IMG/VR virus record: IMGVR_UViG_3300025030_000004
Span: 1 to 64,000 of that record
Source: a virus
DNA: 64,000 bases
Strand: one strand, 5' to 3'
Shown here: positions 9,058 through 18,235 of the stretch, piece by piece
How the letters are laid out: every line of letters starts with the position of its first letter
Position numbering within the stretch: position 1 is the stretch's first letter
The notes under the pieces: generated by a model
What the model was told of the DNA's origin: nothing
The model's database searches: none
The model's input: the letters and a program-made list of their open reading frames with translations, nothing else
Translations under genes and position numbers: made by a program

Positions 9058-9834
9058 ATGTTCAACACACCAATTAAAAAAACAATTACTGAGGAAAATG
9101 CCAAAAAAGATTTTAAGAAACTAGCTAATTATGTTTTGCGAGCAAAGGGAAACAGAACTATAAACGGATTTGCAGCCGATCTAAGAACCAATGCAGCCTA
9201 CCTTGCAGATATTATTAACGTTAGAATTAATTCTTATCCAACCATTCCCTTTTTAAAACTTATTGCAGATAATTCTGATAATCGAGTGTCACTTAAAGAA
9301 CTTACATTGGCTTGTGGGTACTCAAATTACGCTAACAATGATATGGAACAAATAAAAAATATCTATGTTAGAAGAGGTTGGTTTGCATACGCAAACTTTG
9401 GGGACAGAGCAATGGATAGCGAAATAGCTGGTCATAGATTAGTGCTAATTATCCAAAACGATACAGGAAATAAATTCAGTTCAAATACTATGGTTATTCC
9501 CATTACTTCTCGCAAAAAGAAGAATATGCCGACTCATGTTATAGTTGGAAGTGATTGTGGATTACAATTTGATTCTACAATTTCTTGTGAATTAACTAGT
9601 ACGATTTCTAAAAGAAGACTCGTACAGAATGGAATAGTGCAAAAAGTGGCAGAATGCCCTTCGTACATCATGAAACTGGTTGAGGTTGCATTGCTTAAAG
9701 CACAGGGAGTTATTGATCTAAGAATGGATGAGCAAGAGGCAATTGATTCACTAATTAATATGAATACAACAAAAACATTTCAGTATGAAAATAATTATTC
9801 GCACCATGTAACGTCACAAATGGCTTATGCATGA
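9058..9834 (+). CDS. Xre-like HTH domain fused to a PemK/MazF RNase domain
   Basis: N-term L.RAKGNRTINGFAADL...AAYL..I.N....PT...L..IA (HTH); C-term VRRG....ANFG....SE..G.R.VLIIQND.GN.FS..T.V.PITS...MPTH (MazF); RBS GAGGAG before ATG 9058. Confidence 0.85.
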   Translation: MFNTPIKKTITEENAKKDFKKLANYVLRAKGNRTINGFAADLRTNAAYLADIINVRINSYPTIPFLKLIADNSDNRVSLKELTLACGYSNYANNDMEQIKNIYVRRGWFAYANFGDRAMDSEIAGHRLVLIIQNDTGNKFSSNTMVIPITSRKKKNMPTHVIVGSDCGLQFDSTISCELTSTISKRRLVQNGIVQKVAECPSYIMKLVEVALLKAQGVIDLRMDEQEAIDSLINMNTTKTFQYENNYSHHVTSQMAYA

Positions 9835-9861
9835 TAAAAGAAAGGAAGATTAAATAATTAA

Positions 9862-10506
9862 ATGATTTCAATTCAAAGTTTATCTAATTCTAGTGCTAAA
9901 TGGTTAGCATCAAAAGTACCTAATGATAAATACCCAACAACAGAAGATCAAATAGAAGTCTTTGAATATGGGTTTATGGTTATTATAGGAGCATTGGTCA
10001 AAGGGTTCTTATTAGTCTCAACGGCGTCCATTCTGGGGGTTCTAGTTGCTACTATGATCGTTACATTAGCTTTCTCTAGTTTAAGAATTATCGCTGGCGG
10101 CTATCATATGCAGACATATTCAAGATGTGTAATGATAAGTGTTGCAATGTTCCTTGGGGGTGCATTAATAGCTCAACACACATTTCAATATTGGTCGCAA
10201 GTGAACATACTTAGTCTTTTAGCATCTTCTGCTTTTATCGCGTTGTATATAATTATAAGATATGTTCCTCGCGACACACCAAATAAACCAATCGTAGAAG
10301 CATTAGAAATATCAAAATTTAAAAGATGGTCGCTCATATACTTAATCACATGGTCTACCCTAATGACCATCTTTATACTACTTAACTTAAAATTAATTGT
10401 CATTTCAAGTTGTTTTGGGTTGTTATTGGAGCTTTTTAGTGTGAGTAAGGTCGGTTATTCTGTCTACTACAAGATAGATTCATTAACTAATTCTTCTACC
10501 AATTAA
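9862..10506 (+). CDS. agrB: Accessory gene regulator B (AIP-cyclising membrane peptidase)
   Basis: E...YG, LR..AGGYH......C (catalytic R/H/C) and P.D.PNKPI motifs; multiple TMs. Confidence 0.95.
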   Translation: MISIQSLSNSSAKWLASKVPNDKYPTTEDQIEVFEYGFMVIIGALVKGFLLVSTASILGVLVATMIVTLAFSSLRIIAGGYHMQTYSRCVMISVAMFLGGALIAQHTFQYWSQVNILSLLASSAFIALYIIIRYVPRDTPNKPIVEALEISKFKRWSLIYLITWSTLMTIFILLNLKLIVISSCFGLLLELFSVSKVGYSVYYKIDSLTNSSTN

Positions 10507-10519
10507 CGTTTCGAATCAC

Positions 10520-10588
10520 GAATAAACAAGTCAAAAATAAGTCTACATGTTTATTCTCCTTGACCTCTGGGTATAATTATTATATAAT
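10520..10588 (+). promoter_or_regulatory. SigA promoter of the repressor operon with an upstream inverted repeat
   Basis: TTGACC(10560)-17-TATAAT(10583); GAATAAACA-N19-TGTTTATTC at 10520-10556. Confidence 0.65.
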
Positions 10589-10650
10589 GATGCTTGATAA
10601 TACATAGCAATTATTTATATATTGCTAATGTGTCAAAGGAGGCAACAAAC

Positions 10651-11997
10651 ATGAAACAAGAACGCCAAAAACTTGAAGACAACTTAAATCTTATTCTTCA
10701 AGATTATAGTAATGACAAAAAAGTAATCGAGGCTGTAACAATTGGTTTGGGAGTAAAAGGTATCCCCATAGGTAAAGTAAGTGGTTTATTTTCAGGATCA
10801 ATTGATTTGTCTTATATCTCAGAAATTGAATTATGCTTATTTACTAAGTATTTTTATGATCAAATACATGAGTTCAAAATAAATCCTGAGACCTATTTCA
10901 ATGAAGTTGAATTATCTGTTGCCGAACAATACCGCTATAATGAAAAAGAAAAAACTAGAGTAATGTTATTGCATAATGTAGATCAGGTAGAAGAAGATTT
11001 GTATCTTTGTTCAAGAGAAACTTATCAAAACGTTGAAAAATTCTTTTCAAATGGACTATGGACATATAATCCTAATACACAAAGGCAACCACTTAAACGT
11101 AAAATTGGAGATAGAATTATTGAAGTCATTAATATTGATAAAGGCAAAATCAAAGAAATTAAAACAGAAATGATAAAAGGAACGTTTAATACTAATGCAA
11201 TTATGTTAAACGTTCGAAGAATAACTGGTTCTGAGAATATTCATTACAATGCTAAAAATAGAACTCTTTTAGTAGAAATTGACGAAACTACTTTTATCGA
11301 CCTGATTGATGGAATGCATAGGGTTGGAGGTATGTTGAAGGCTATTGAGGAAAAACCAGAAATAAATAGAGTTACTTCTATTTACATTCATCACAAAACG
11401 GAAGAACGCGCACTTGCTGTAATTCGACAGGAATCGAAGAGTACACCAATCTCAGATGAATGGATTGAACTTAAAAATACAGCGAATGTTAACATGGAGG
11501 TAGCCAAAGGTATAAATACTCGTCAACGTAAGAATGAAATGTTTAATAAAATTGGATTAGATAATTTAGAACTAAGAAGAGAAAATAAATTTGTAACTTT
11601 CGAAACTTTATCTAAAACCGTTGAATATGTTTATGATTTAAAAGAGGAACCGTTTATTAAAGCCGAAGAAGTTGAGGATCATTTAATTGATTTATTCAAT
11701 ATTGTTATTGGCATTAATCATAGTATGTTTAATGAATTTCTTACTTCAACAAGAGAATCATTTCATATTGCAGATAATAATATGTTCATCGGTTATGTTG
11801 TTTTAGGTGAAGAACTAAAGAAAAAATATGAATATGAATGGAAATCAGAATTTAAAAAAATATTGAAAACTATAGACTTTAGTAAATCAAATCCTGTTTG
11901 GAAGAAAATTGGCATTGAAAACAACCTCAACCTTTCGACAATTAAAAAAATTGCTGAGTATTTTAGGAGTATAGTTAATCAGGAAGGTGTGGCATAA
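10651..11997 (+). CDS. SPbeta YopQ/SroE-like protein with a DGQHR (DndB/ParB-like) domain
   Basis: YNPNTQR and IDGMHR motifs; about 450 aa; directly upstream of the YopR-like gene; RBS AAGGAGG before ATG 10651. Confidence 0.7.
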   Translation: MKQERQKLEDNLNLILQDYSNDKKVIEAVTIGLGVKGIPIGKVSGLFSGSIDLSYISEIELCLFTKYFYDQIHEFKINPETYFNEVELSVAEQYRYNEKEKTRVMLLHNVDQVEEDLYLCSRETYQNVEKFFSNGLWTYNPNTQRQPLKRKIGDRIIEVINIDKGKIKEIKTEMIKGTFNTNAIMLNVRRITGSENIHYNAKNRTLLVEIDETTFIDLIDGMHRVGGMLKAIEEKPEINRVTSIYIHHKTEERALAVIRQESKSTPISDEWIELKNTANVNMEVAKGINTRQRKNEMFNKIGLDNLELRRENKFVTFETLSKTVEYVYDLKEEPFIKAEEVEDHLIDLFNIVIGINHSMFNEFLTSTRESFHIADNNMFIGYVVLGEELKKKYEYEWKSEFKKILKTIDFSKSNPVWKKIGIENNLNLSTIKKIAEYFRSIVNQEGVA

Positions 11998-11998
11998 A

Positions 11999-12979
11999 AT
12001 GTCTTATAATTTTAAATTATATAATCCGGACAGGAAAAATCAATTTTTGAATGAAGAGTACCCCAATGAATCAACCCGTAACACTTATGCGTCTTTGCTG
12101 GTGAATATAAGACAATTTGAAGTAGAGAAAGAAAAAGATGTGTGTGATTTTTCTCTTAGTGAAGCTGTCGAATTATTAATTGGATTAAAGAAAAAGACAT
12201 TTGATTCTCTTAATGTAGCTCATACAATTCTGGTTCGCTATGTTGACTGGTGCGTATATGATGCAAAATGTTCAAAAACCTTTATTAACTCATTTAAATT
12301 GATTGATAAAGAAGATTTGAAAAAATACACCCACCAAATTGCTCAACGTCATTCGTATATAACTAGAGATAAACTATTTAATGTTGTTGATCGACTTTAC
12401 AATTATATTGACAAAGCTATTCCATTACTGTTCTTTGAAGGGGCCAAAGGACGTTCTGATGGAGATCATACTTTTGAAGAAATACGCAATTTAAGAGAAA
12501 GAGACCTTGTCCCAGAAATCAATATTATTACTCTGACTAGAGATAATGGGGAGCAACGTTCAATTAAAGTTGATCCAAGAACCATGGAAATTTTGGTTAT
12601 GGCAGCTAGAGAAACAGATTATTTTAAATCAAACGGCGAAGCAAAAGGAAGATTCCCTGTTGCTCCTTTAGCACAGTCAGAGTATATTATTAGAATGATG
12701 GAAAGCGAGCGAAGTGAAGAGACAAAAATTACTGCAAATTCTATAAACGCAAGATTTAAGAGATTTAGACAGTGGACGGGGGTAAGGTTCTTAACTCCTA
12801 CAACCGTCTTCCAGTCAGGAATGTTAGAAAGATGTGAACAAAAAGAAAAAGAATTTGGTAGAGAACTGACAGTAGATGAGTACAAACAATTGTATAGAGA
12901 TGTCAATTTAGACGACAGAAGGTATTCAGCATTAAAGGAAATGTACGAAACCTATAAAAAAAATAAAGCCCTGATGTAA
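11999..12979 (+). CDS. mrpR: MrpR/YopR/SroF-like master repressor (tyrosine-recombinase fold, catalytically degenerate)
   Basis: YN...K.QFL, FE..KEKD..DF and N..DKAI..L.FEG..G....EI.NL; integrase R and HxxR positions replaced (EGAKG, TPTTVFQSG); about 326 aa. Confidence 0.8.
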   Translation: MSYNFKLYNPDRKNQFLNEEYPNESTRNTYASLLVNIRQFEVEKEKDVCDFSLSEAVELLIGLKKKTFDSLNVAHTILVRYVDWCVYDAKCSKTFINSFKLIDKEDLKKYTHQIAQRHSYITRDKLFNVVDRLYNYIDKAIPLLFFEGAKGRSDGDHTFEEIRNLRERDLVPEINIITLTRDNGEQRSIKVDPRTMEILVMAARETDYFKSNGEAKGRFPVAPLAQSEYIIRMMESERSEETKITANSINARFKRFRQWTGVRFLTPTTVFQSGMLERCEQKEKEFGRELTVDEYKQLYRDVNLDDRRYSALKEMYETYKKNKALM

Positions 12980-12991
12980 ATTGGGGCTTTA
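12964..12991 (+). terminator. Hairpin at the end of the repressor gene
   Basis: TAAAGCCC...GGGCTTTA. Confidence 0.55.
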
Positions 12992-13120
12992 GGACTTTAG
13001 GCCTATATACTTTAGGTACATGTACCTATAAACAGAAAATAATAAATATATTCTAAGGGGAATTTGTCGAATAAGCAGTAGGAGTTGTACAATAGGGATT
13101 ATTTACCCGATATGTTTGTC

Positions 13121-13169
13121 TTGACCCAATATACATCTTAGTGTACAATATAATTAGAACAAACGTTCG
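13121..13169 (+). promoter_or_regulatory. SigA promoter with a LexA/DinR (SOS) box just downstream of -10
   Basis: TTGACC-17-TACAAT; GAAC-AAAC-GTTC at 13157-13168 matches the Firmicute GAAC-N4-GTTC. Confidence 0.75.
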
Positions 13170-13212
13170 GGAAATATATGGTTTCACTATAAAAATATAA
13201 AGGAGAAAGTGC

Positions 13213-13548
13213 ATGACTGAAGTAAAAGATGAGAAAACATTTGTACTAAAAGATCAAAATGGTTATTATGTGGGTAGCAATTCAATCTCTTATAGTAAAG
13301 GAATCAGACAGCATGTTTATTCATGTTCAAAGTATTTAACAAATGGGTTTTATACATATCAAACCTTGACGGCTGCGGAAGCAGGTTTAAAAATACTCCA
13401 AGATAAGGAAACGAAAATAAATAATGGAAAGCAATTCCATATTGAGGAAATTAATAGGTATAAAGTTTTAATGAGCGAAAGCAATATGGACGTTCCTAAA
13501 AATCCTTTTACTCACGAATATTATCAGGTGGGGTTAGCAATTGCCTAA
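13213..13548 (+). CDS. Hypothetical protein, putatively SOS-induced
   Basis: RBS AAGGAG; first gene after the LexA-boxed promoter. Confidence 0.7.
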   Translation: MTEVKDEKTFVLKDQNGYYVGSNSISYSKGIRQHVYSCSKYLTNGFYTYQTLTAAEAGLKILQDKETKINNGKQFHIEEINRYKVLMSESNMDVPKNPFTHEYYQVGLAIA

Positions 13549-13600
13549 CCCCCCCTCCCCTCTAAGGAGCTAAAAATAATTAATTAGAAAGAAGATGAGA

Positions 13601-13830
13601 GTCAACAACCACTACCCTAAAGGGATAGTGGCTTGTAGGAAACTATAAGCCACAGGTTGACTAGACTAAGTGTTAATTCACTACGTTATATAAGCCATCA
13701 TACCCGTGGACATTTATCCTAATCTACGGCTCTATGGTCTAACATTAAACAGTTTCGTGTGGTAGAAACAGTGTGCTAGGCACGACAAACTTATATAACA
13801 TTGTCTAAGGATATTCAACTCTGAAAGGAG
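13601..13830 (+). ncRNA. IscB omega-RNA scaffold (HEARO-like)
   Basis: GTCAAC...GTTGAC.AGACTAAG...CTACGTT...GCTCT...ACATTAAACAG...AACATTGTC.AAG segments immediately upstream of iscB. Confidence 0.8.
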
Positions 13831-13839
13831 GTAGACTTT

Positions 13840-15075
13840 ATGTTAGTCTACGTTTTAAGTCAAAATGGTAAGCCATTAATGCCTTGCAATCCTTTAAAAG
13901 CAAGAAAACTCTTGAAGCAAAACAAAGCAAAAATAATTAAGATTGAACCATTTACGATACAGTTATTATATGGTTCAAGTGGATATAGGCAAGAAATTAA
14001 CCTTGGTGTTGATGCAGGAAGTAAAGTGATTGGTTTGTCTGCCACAACAACTAAGAAAGAGTTGTTTTCAGCAGAAGTTCAATTAAGGAATGATATCGTA
14101 GATTTATTGTCTACACGAAGACAAAATAGACGGACGAGAAGAAATAGATTGAGATACAGGAAACCAAGATTCTTAAATCGAGTTAAGAGCAAGAACAAAG
14201 GATAGTTAGCCCCGTCTATCGAAAACAAAATCCAAAACCACTTAACGGTGGTTAGTAATGGTTATAAGATACTGCCTATGTCAAAGATAATAGTTGAAGT
14301 GGCAAGTTTTGATATTCAAAAAATAAAAAATCCTACTATTACTGGTACTGAATATCAACTGGGCGAGCAAGTGGATTTCTGGAACGTAAGAGAGTATGTG
14401 TTATTTAGAGATGGGCATCAATGTCATGGTAAAAAAAGTTGTAAAAACAAGATATTGAATGTTCACCATATTGAGTCAAGGAAGACAGGTGGAAATAATC
14501 CTTCTAACTTGATTACGCTTTGCGAAGAGTGCCATGACGATTACCATAAAGGTAAACTGAAGTTAAACATCAAGAGAGGACAAAAATTCAATGATGCTAC
14601 CTTTATGGGAATAATGAGATGGAGTTTTTACAATAAGCTAAAAGACATATATCCTGATGTAAGTTTGACGTATGGCTATATTACTAAAAACACGAGAATC
14701 CATAATAACTTACCGAAAGAACATCGTATTGACGCATTATGTATTAGTGGTAATCCTCAAGTCAAAAGATTAGACTACTTCTACTTCTCAAAAAAAGTAA
14801 GATGTCACAACAGACAGATTCATAAAGCAAACATTTTGAAAGGTGGTGTCAAAAAGTTAAACCAAGCACAATTTGAAGTAAAAGGGTTTAGGCTCTTTGA
14901 TAAGATTCAATACCAAGGGAAACTATATTACATTTTTGGAAGAAGAAACAGCGGTTTCTTTGACATTAGAACTTTAGACGGAACCAAGGTTAACAAAGGT
15001 AGTATCAGTTGTAAATCTTTCAAATTAATTGAGAGAAGAAAAAGTCTATTAACAGAAAGGAGGATGGCAGTTTAG
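13840..15075 (+). pseudogene. iscB: IscB RNA-guided endonuclease with a nonsense codon (TAG at 14203-14205, expected Trp in GWLAPS)
   Basis: PLMP, RuvC-I GVDAG, Arg-rich bridge helix, RuvC-II VEVASFD, HNH (HHI...N...NLITLC..CH) and RuvC-III HRIDA; both ORF-track pieces are in one frame. Confidence 0.9.
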
Positions 15076-15135
15076 GGTATGCGTAAAGCATTCCTTCCCT
15101 AGCCTGAAGGCGTAGGGGTTTCCTGCCAAGCATTT

Positions 15136-15825
15136 ATGAAATATAAACAATATAAACTTGTCAACCACAACCGTTTTGTCGCTACAGGCTTAATCCTAAC
15201 CCTAATTGCCACAGGAGCCATTGCAAAGATTAAAAATGCAAGAGCAGAGGATATTTCACCTAGCACCATTTTATCAACACAATCTATATACATAGCAAAT
15301 AGAAGTATAAATACATTAAATATTTATCCTGAACGACCTAAATATAATATTAATTTGAGCGAAGAATATCAAGATTTAATTTATGAGTTGTCTATGAAAA
15401 ATGGGTTATCTTATGAATTTGCGTTAGCGGTATTTCATTATGAGTCAAAATTTGACCCAAAAGCAACAAATAAAAATAGAGATAAAAGTATAGATGAAGG
15501 ATTTTCGCAACTCAATAGTAGATTCACAAATACATACAGGGATTATGCAGTAAGATATGGTAACTTAGATCCAAATGTACAATTTGACGTTTTTAATATA
15601 GACCATAGCATTAGAGCCGGAATCGGAACTCTAGTTTATTTAAGAGATTATTGGAAACAGAGAGGAGTGAGCGAAGAAAATTCACTTGAATATATTACAG
15701 GGAGTTTTAATCTAGGCATCGAGGGGATGAAAAAATACATAAGGCAAACTGGCAAGATTGAAAGGGAATATTCGAGACAGGTACAAAAACGGAAAGATAT
15801 GTTAGAGATTAGTAACACATTGTAA
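15136..15825 (+). CDS. Lytic transglycosylase (SLT domain) with an N-terminal signal/TM
   Basis: ALAV...ES.FDP.A.N......D.G..Q.N and ...N.G motifs. Confidence 0.85.
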   Translation: MKYKQYKLVNHNRFVATGLILTLIATGAIAKIKNARAEDISPSTILSTQSIYIANRSINTLNIYPERPKYNINLSEEYQDLIYELSMKNGLSYEFALAVFHYESKFDPKATNKNRDKSIDEGFSQLNSRFTNTYRDYAVRYGNLDPNVQFDVFNIDHSIRAGIGTLVYLRDYWKQRGVSEENSLEYITGSFNLGIEGMKKYIRQTGKIEREYSRQVQKRKDMLEISNTL

Positions 15826-16238
15826 TGTTCACTAATACAATAAGTTATAAATAATAAATAAAGGATGTGAAAGTAAATGTCTGATTGCACTGTAATATAT
15901 TTTAGTAATTTCAAAGAGAAAATTAGAGTTCAGAAAGAATTAGAACGAGAAATGCTAAGAAAACATGGTAAAAATAAATTCAAACTAAGTGTGCTAGAAA
16001 ACTGTGTTATGGCTGAATATCGTTCAGAAAAAGCATATTTTTAATAAAGAAAAATTAATAAGCGGAAAATAATAAAATACATAGCGAAAAGACAATATAT
16101 GCAATGATTTGTCTTGCCGAGATGATACAATATTGAGAGAAGGTTGTTGAACAGTTAGTTAAAAGTTATAAAAAGTTATAAATTTATACTTTATATTATA
16201 ACTAATGTATGCTATAATACATTAAGAGGTGAAAATAT

Positions 16239-16898
16239 ATGAAATATTATAGTATACATGAATTCTCAAAGTTGATTTCCAGAACTCCACAAACACTTAG
16301 AAATTGGGATAAGAGTGGCAAACTAACTCCTAGTCACACTGGAGCAAATGGTTACAGATACTATTCTCATCAACAATTAAAAGAAGTTCTAAACATTGAA
16401 GATGATTCAGAAAAACCTAAACTTACAATTGGATATTGTAGAGTTTCTTCTAATAAACAAAAAGATGATCTTGAACGCCAAGTAGATAATATGAAAAAGT
16501 ATTTAGAATCTTTAAACAAACCTTATGAAATTATAATTGACATTGGAAGTGGTATCAACTACAAGAAAAAGGGACTTAGAGAACTTCTAAAGAAAATCAA
16601 CAATAAAGAAGTAGACAAAATAATTATCTTATATAAAGACAGGCTTCTTAGATTTGGTTTTGAATTAATAGAATATATGGCTAATTTAAATGGTTGTGAA
16701 ATTGAAATATTGGATAGTACAGAAAAAACACAACAAGAAGAATTAGTTGAAGATTTAATACAAATTATTACTGTTTTTAGTTGTAGACTTCAAGGAAAAA
16801 GAGCTAATAGAACTAGAAAAATGATTGATGATTTAATTAAGGAAGGAGATGAGGAAATTGATCAAGGGAATCAAAATAATGCTTGTGCCGAACAATAA
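16239..16898 (+). CDS. tnpA: IS607 transposase (MerR-HTH + serine recombinase)
   Basis: TLRNWD..GKL...GYRYY; GYCRVSS..QKDDLERQ; DIGSGIN; YKDRL.RFGF. Confidence 0.95.
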   Translation: MKYYSIHEFSKLISRTPQTLRNWDKSGKLTPSHTGANGYRYYSHQQLKEVLNIEDDSEKPKLTIGYCRVSSNKQKDDLERQVDNMKKYLESLNKPYEIIIDIGSGINYKKKGLRELLKKINNKEVDKIIILYKDRLLRFGFELIEYMANLNGCEIEILDSTEKTQQEELVEDLIQIITVFSCRLQGKRANRTRKMIDDLIKEGDEEIDQGNQNNACAEQ

Positions 16899-18039
16899 AC
16901 AAAACACATTAATGTTTCAAAATGCTGGAACTGCTAGATGGGCATATAATTGGGCGTTGGGTAGAGAAAAAGAGAATTACGCTAATGGTGGTAAGTTTAT
17001 TTCAGATAATGATTTAAGAAAAGAATTAACTCAACTAAAGAAAACTGATGAATTTGGTTGGTTAAATAATATTTCTAATAATGTACCTAAACAGGCAATT
17101 AAAGACGCTTGTACTGCGTATCAAAGATTCTTCAAGGGGCAAGCAAAATTCCCTCAGTTTAAAACTAGAAAGAAATCTCCTCCTAAATTTTATCAAGATA
17201 ATGTAAAGATTCAATTCACAGGCACACATGTTAAGTTTGAAGGACTTGCTAAAAGTAAAAAGGGAAACAAACAACAATTAAATTGGGTAAGATTAGCTGA
17301 ACACAACAGAATTCCTTTTGGCAAAGATGTCAAGTATATTAATCCTCGAATATCGCATGATAGTTTAAATTGGTTTATTAGTGTTGGAATTGAATGTCCT
17401 AATAACATCGAGACATCATTAAACAAGGGGATCGGAATAGACTTGGGAATTAAAGACTTGGCAATATGCTCAGATGGAAAAACTTATGGGAACATTAATA
17501 AAACCAAAAAGATGAGACGATTAGAAAAACAAAAGAAGAGACTCCAACGTCAAGTTTCTAGAAAATATGAAGATAATCGTGATGGTTCAAAATACATCAA
17601 AACTAAAAATATTATCAAACTAGAACTTAAAATTAAGTCAGTTCAACATAAATTAAACGGAGTTAGAAACAATTACATCCAACAAATGACTACTGAGATA
17701 GTGAAAACCAAACCATCTTTTGTATCGTTGGAGGATTTAAACATTAGTGGAATGATGAAGAACAAACATCTATCTAAAGCGATCCAACAGCAAAGTCTCT
17801 ATGAATTTGGAAGACAGTTAAAATATAAAGGATTATGGAATCATATTGAGATAAGAATTGTAGATAGATGGTATCCAAGCTCTAAGACTTGCCATGAATG
17901 TGGGAAAGTCAATAAGTTATTAACTTTGAGTGATAGAGAATGGATTTGTATTGGATGTGGAAGTGTTTTAGATAGGGATCTTAATGCTTCACTGAATTTA
18001 AGGGATACTGAGAATTATAAGATATTTAAAGTTAGTTGA
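16849..18039 (+). CDS. tnpB: TnpB RNA-guided endonuclease, apparently intact
   Basis: GIDLG, EDL, CHEC/CIGC zinc finger, DRDLNA. Confidence 0.95.
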   Translation: MRKLIKGIKIMLVPNNKQNTLMFQNAGTARWAYNWALGREKENYANGGKFISDNDLRKELTQLKKTDEFGWLNNISNNVPKQAIKDACTAYQRFFKGQAKFPQFKTRKKSPPKFYQDNVKIQFTGTHVKFEGLAKSKKGNKQQLNWVRLAEHNRIPFGKDVKYINPRISHDSLNWFISVGIECPNNIETSLNKGIGIDLGIKDLAICSDGKTYGNINKTKKMRRLEKQKKRLQRQVSRKYEDNRDGSKYIKTKNIIKLELKIKSVQHKLNGVRNNYIQQMTTEIVKTKPSFVSLEDLNISGMMKNKHLSKAIQQQSLYEFGRQLKYKGLWNHIEIRIVDRWYPSSKTCHECGKVNKLLTLSDREWICIGCGSVLDRDLNASLNLRDTENYKIFKVS

Positions 18040-18235
18040 TTGAATCAAGGTTCCTATATACCTGTTCGTTAGCAGGGAATTTAAGCCTTTGGAGTGTTAA
18101 GCAACTTGAGTAGTAATAGTAATATTGCGAAAAAGAACACGATGAATAAGGAATAAAACATAGAGTTATAAATTATGTATGTATTTTATAACTTCTTATA
18201 AGTTTTTAGTAACGGTGAGAACCATGTAAATAGAA
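18040..18235 (+). ncRNA. TnpB omega/reRNA at the IS607 right end plus flanking guide
   Basis: Position 3' of tnpB; GGGAATTTAAGCCTTTGGAG...GATGAATAAGGAA segments typical of TnpB right ends. Confidence 0.55.

Larger units (their letters stand above)
13601..15135 (+). mobile_element. Non-autonomous IS200/IS605-superfamily IscB element
   Basis: Starts GTCAAC plus hairpin; ends with hairpin CCCTAGCCTGAAGGCGTAGGG followed by TAM-like ATGAA at 15136. Confidence 0.8.
16144..18215 (+). mobile_element. IS607-family element (TnpA serine transposase + TnpB)
   Basis: Flanked by GG at the left and ending AACGG; repeated GTTATAA/TTATAAC motifs at both ends; tnpA-tnpB. Confidence 0.85.

Noticed and set aside
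10651-11997. AimR/RRNPP peptide receptor
   Set aside because: No N-terminal HTH or TPR pattern; the IDGMHR motif points to DGQHR/YopQ-like
11999-12979. Active tyrosine integrase
   Set aside because: The catalytic Arg and HxxR motifs are replaced, and a serine integrase is present elsewhere
14203-14205. Amber (TAG) recoding suggested by in-frame TAGs in iscB and at 2176
   Set aside because: Long core genes contain no internal TAG, many genes end normally in TAG, and no suppressor tRNA is visible
16080-16240. IS607 as an IStron
   Set aside because: Only about 95 bp lie between the left end and tnpA, with no intron core motifs
18216-18229. ATG-TAA start-stop minigenes after RBS-like sequences (here and at about 48860)
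   Set aside because: Only two instances; expected by chance in AT-rich DNA
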